Assembly (NCBI RefSeq): GCF_006345805.1
Contig: NW_021827796.1
Coordinates: 1-10,110, forward strand
Direction of reading: 5' to 3'
DNA: 10,110 nucleotides
From: Octopus sinensis
Taxonomy: Eukaryota
Each line of letters begins with the position of its first letter. Position 1 is the first letter of the stretch. The notes below the pieces were generated by a model that did no database searches, was not told the origin of the DNA, and saw only the letters and a program-made list of their open reading frames with translations. This document shows, piece after piece, positions 7,056 to 10,110 of this stretch. Position numbers and translations under genes: made by a program.

Positions 7056-7271
7056 AGACCCCATTTGCTGTCGGTACTAATTTCTATAAGCGACACCCCA
7101 GTTGCTGTCCTATACGAGACCCCAGTTGTTGTCGGTGCTAATTTCTATAAGCAACGAGAAAGCAAGTGCTTTCTGTACTCAAAAACACAATGTACTACTC
7201 GATGAGAATAACGAACCTAGAGTGTAACGATCGTGAGCCCAGCAACATCAACCAGCAGGCCAAACGCCACC
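7056..7271 (-). mobile_element. Degraded type C-like SINE whose 3' part is a 37/24/37-bp tandem repeat (7056-7153)
   Basis: Minus strand GGTGGCGTTTGGCCTGCTGG...GGGCTCACGATCGT...GGTTCG...TTGTGTTTTTGAG...CACTT...CGTTGCT is colinear with the 4918 head. Plus-strand units AGACCCCA(T/G)TTG(C/T)TGTCGGT(A/G)CTAATTTCTATAAGC lie at 7056 and 7117, with an internally deleted unit at 7093. Confidence 0.6.
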
Positions 7272-7510
7272 AACAACCCTAACTACTTGAATACGCGCAT
7301 TTTGACGGTGGTGGGAATAGCATTAAATATATTATAACTCAATTTGGTGATTTCGTAATAATTATTTCGTAATAATTATGTCGTCCTTACCGGCGCTTGT
7401 TGTGAGTAAATACTCCGGGGCCTCATTTTCTACAGTATCTGCCCTAAGAAAAGGTAACATTCAACGGATGCAAATTTTCCTGGCGTTGATAACTATCAAT
7501 TTTTGGCATT

Positions 7511-7733
7511 TTATCATTGGTTTCAGGTTTTGACTCTAGGCCAGCCATTTCGGAGGAAGTGGGTAAGTCGATTACATCAATCCCACTTGCTCGACTGGTG
7601 GTTATTTTTATCGACCCCGAAAGGATGAAAGTCAAAACTGATCTCAACGGAATTTGAACTCAGAACGTAAAGACAGACGAAATGTTATTACGCATTTTCC
7701 CCGATGCGTTAACGATTCGGCCAACTCGTTGCC
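7511..7733 (-). mobile_element. tRNA-derived SINE, head type B (tail 2)
   Basis: Reverse complement contains TTCTGAGTTCAAATTCC (B box) and CTTTCATCCTTTCGGGGTCGATAAA as in the type B units, then a different tail (..GAAATGGCTGGCCTAGAGTCAAAACCTGAAACC). Confidence 0.85.
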
Positions 7734-8175
7734 TTTCTTTGCATTTTAATATTGATTTCCCACAACATAAGAGGCCTCAAATTGGTGGGGACCCTAATTT
7801 TGGTGGGATGAATGAACGGCAAAAGCAAACTCGCTTATCATATGCGGGGGGGGGGGTTGCAATACACGTTTCGTGATCAGCTTAACCACAGATTGTATCA
7901 AAGTTGAAACCTTTCGACATTTTCTGCAATCAACCGAAAAGTCTCTCCTCTCAGACGAAAAGATAACCTCGAATCAACAAATTCCATTTCTCAACCAAAC
8001 AATAACAAATTTCTCCAAACCCCTCATTTCACAATTCTACATTTCGACATCCTCTTCTCCAAGGATACGATCTCGTACAAATACCACATTCCTCTATAGA
8101 ATATTCCTCGAAGCTGACCACCGTCGACACGAACAGTTTCCCAGCCAAATATTTCTTTAGAAATATAAGAAATCA

Positions 8176-8610
8176 GGTGGTTGGCTGGTTTGTCGGTTGG
8201 TTTCTGGTTGGCTGATTGGTCGGTTGGTTAATGGTTGGCTGGTTGGTTGGTCGGTTGGTTTATGGTTGGCTGGTTGGTCGGTTGGTTTGTGGTTGGCTGG
8301 TTGGTAGGTTGGTTTGATTGATTGGTTGGTCGGTTGGTTTATGGTCGGATGGTTGGTCGGTTGGTTTTTTGGTTTGCTGGTTTGTCGGTTGGTTTGCTGG
8401 TTGGCTGGTTTGTCGGTTGGTTTGTCGATTGGTCGGTTGGTTTGTCATTTGGTTGGTTGGTTTGTCGGTAGGTTTGTTGGTTGCCTGGTTTGTCGGCTGG
8501 TTTTTTTGGTTGGCTAGTTTGTCATTTGGTTGGTTGGTTTGTCGGTCGGTTGGTTAGTTAGTTGCTGTTTGGCAGCCTGGTTCATTGTTTAACTGATTGG
8601 TTTGTTGGTT
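8176..8610. repeat. Degenerate (GGTT)n/(GGCT/GGTC) satellite with a recurring GGTTTGTCGGTTGG sub-unit
   Basis: Directly visible; source of the LVGW/TNQP-repeat ORFs. Confidence 0.95.
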
Positions 8611-8831
8611 GTTTTTTTTTTTTTTTCCAGGACATTTTCATGATTTCTTCATGGTGCCAGCCATATTCACTATCTTAAATTAACAGTCAAAGACCAGTCT
8701 TAACCTTTATCACATATTAGCCATTTTCAGAAAGTCGCAGATAAAGATCTTTAATTTAGATTTAGTTAATCCGTCTTTTTCACTTCCTCAATTATTTCCA
8801 GTCTCTCGAGAACAATTTTCGAACGCCAACT

Positions 8832-8903
8832 GATGACGATAAAGAGGAAAAGGTGGAGGAGGAAAAGGAGAAGGAGGAGGAAGAAGAAGATGATGATGAG
8901 GAG
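8832..8903. repeat. (GAG/GAA/GAT)n purine-rich trinucleotide tract
   Basis: Directly visible; gives the acidic start of ORF 8853-9209. Confidence 0.85.
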
Positions 8904-8967
8904 GGCACTGGTGATGGTCGTGATAATACTACATGGATTACTGTGTGTTTTATATGTATAATAGGAA

Positions 8968-8969
8968 GT

Positions 8970-9068
<99 letters not shown>

Positions 9069-9211
9069 ATGTACATATATATGCATATTATATATACATA
9101 TATACATACTATATATATATACATATATTTGCCACATCTCTATATTACATACATGTATTCACAAGCACGCGCATCTATATACATAGATATATACACATAT
9201 TTTTTGTGATC

Positions 9212-9250
<39 letters not shown>

Positions 9251-9346
9251 ATATATATATACTACTGTGTTTTATTACTCTACCTCCGGTATTCGAGTAC
9301 TATTTTTTCTGCCTTGTTTCGCATATATGTGCAACTCGTGTGTGTG

Positions 9347-9378
<32 letters not shown>

Positions 9379-9440
9379 CTTATACTTGCACACATATATA
9401 TACATATACATGCCCATATATACACATAGACACACACACG
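8968..9440. repeat. Interrupted (TA)n/(CA)n/(TG)n microsatellite region
   Basis: Directly visible. Confidence 0.9.
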
Positions 9441-9552
9441 CGCGTGTATATTTAAACTAGAAAAATATACATTATCGAAAATGTGTGAGACATAGTGTAA
9501 CCGACAAGATCATAAACATACGACGAAATAATTTTATATAAAATAATCATCA

Positions 9553-9750
9553 GACAGCGGCCAAGGTGGAGCACAGATTTAAAAGATCTAGGCAAAAGAA
9601 TCGACTCTAGTACTTTCGAGCTTTTCATAAGTCTGGTACTTATTTTACCGGTCTCTTTCGTCGCACCGCTAAGTTACGAGAACGTAAACAAGCCATAACT
9701 AGTTGTCAGGTTGTGGAGAGGACGAACACTTGCGCACAAACATCATTTAT
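9553..9750 (-). mobile_element. Diverged 3' fragment of type A SINE
   Basis: GACAGCGGCCAAGGTGGAGCAC...TACTTATTTTACCGGTCTCTTTCGTCGCACCGCTAAGTTACG aligns with 1998-2115 (GACTGCGGCCATGTTGGAGCAC...TACTTATTCTATCGGTTTCTTTTGCCGAACCGCTAAGTGACG). Confidence 0.75.
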
Positions 9751-9823
9751 ATACACAAAAATATAATTTATATATATCCACTTACTAGATGATAATTTAC
9801 ATTGATTCTACCAGTGATAGTTT

Positions 9824-9962
9824 GAAAATATTTTGATAAATTAAATTTAAATGTTGAAGTGAATCTAACGGTTTTTGTGGAGTTTTTAAATGGATTATAA
9901 ACAGACTTCCACACTTCAATGGTTTTTGTTTCAGTACACAATCAGATCAAGTCACTTGCTAT
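9824..9962 (+). mobile_element. Second, 5'-truncated copy of the family H2 repeat (keeps GAA-AAUAUU-U-stem I 3' strand, lacks stem II and core)
   Basis: GAAAATATTTTGATAAATTAAATTTAAATGTTGAAGTGAATC...TCAGATCAAGTCACTTGCTAT matches the reverse complement of 4711-4851. Confidence 0.85.
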
Positions 9963-9971
9963 CAATATCTC

Positions 9972-9984
9972 CATATATATATAT

Positions 9985-10070
<86 letters not shown>
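9972..10070. repeat. (TA)n microsatellite
   Basis: Directly visible. Confidence 0.95.
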
Positions 10071-10110
10071 TGATAGATACAGAGAGAGATATAATGATAT
10101 ATATCTATTA

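Noticed and set aside
7770-7860. Possible further SINE tail remnant and G12 run
   Set aside because: Similarity too weak to define boundaries or family.
7873-8160. 95-aa ORF in non-repetitive, C/A-rich sequence
   Set aside because: No recognisable motif in the frames examined on either strand; may be an old TE remnant, but this cannot be supported without a search.
8853-9460. Acidic-start 118-aa and 175-aa ORFs
   Set aside because: Made of (GAR/GAT)n and (TA)n microsatellites.

Overview
Eukaryotic (animal) DNA, AT-rich and saturated with microsatellites and tRNA-derived SINEs. The repeat landscape resembles a cephalopod (Octopus-like) genome, which is an inference and was not verified. The only host gene visible is the 3' end of a class A (rhodopsin-like) neuropeptide-type GPCR on the + strand. 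It has a 112-nt ICL3 exon at 990-1101 that the ORF track misses, spliced in phase 0 to the terminal TM6-TM7-C-tail exon at 2661-3053. The rest is mobile DNA: a decayed L1/Tx1-type LINE ORF1/ORF2 junction, a mariner deletion derivative, about nine SINE loci of three head types (one a five-unit tandem array), and short Penelope-like terminal repeats. The most interesting signal is two minimal type I hammerhead ribozyme folds on the minus strand, each with a palindromic stem III (dimer-type architecture) and a non-canonical core. One has CUGUAGA (A6U, 2480-2521). The other has GUGAACA, a compensatory G3:C8 swap of the catalytic C3-G8 pair (4834-4885). A third, core-less copy of the second family (9824-9962) independently supports its stem I pairing.
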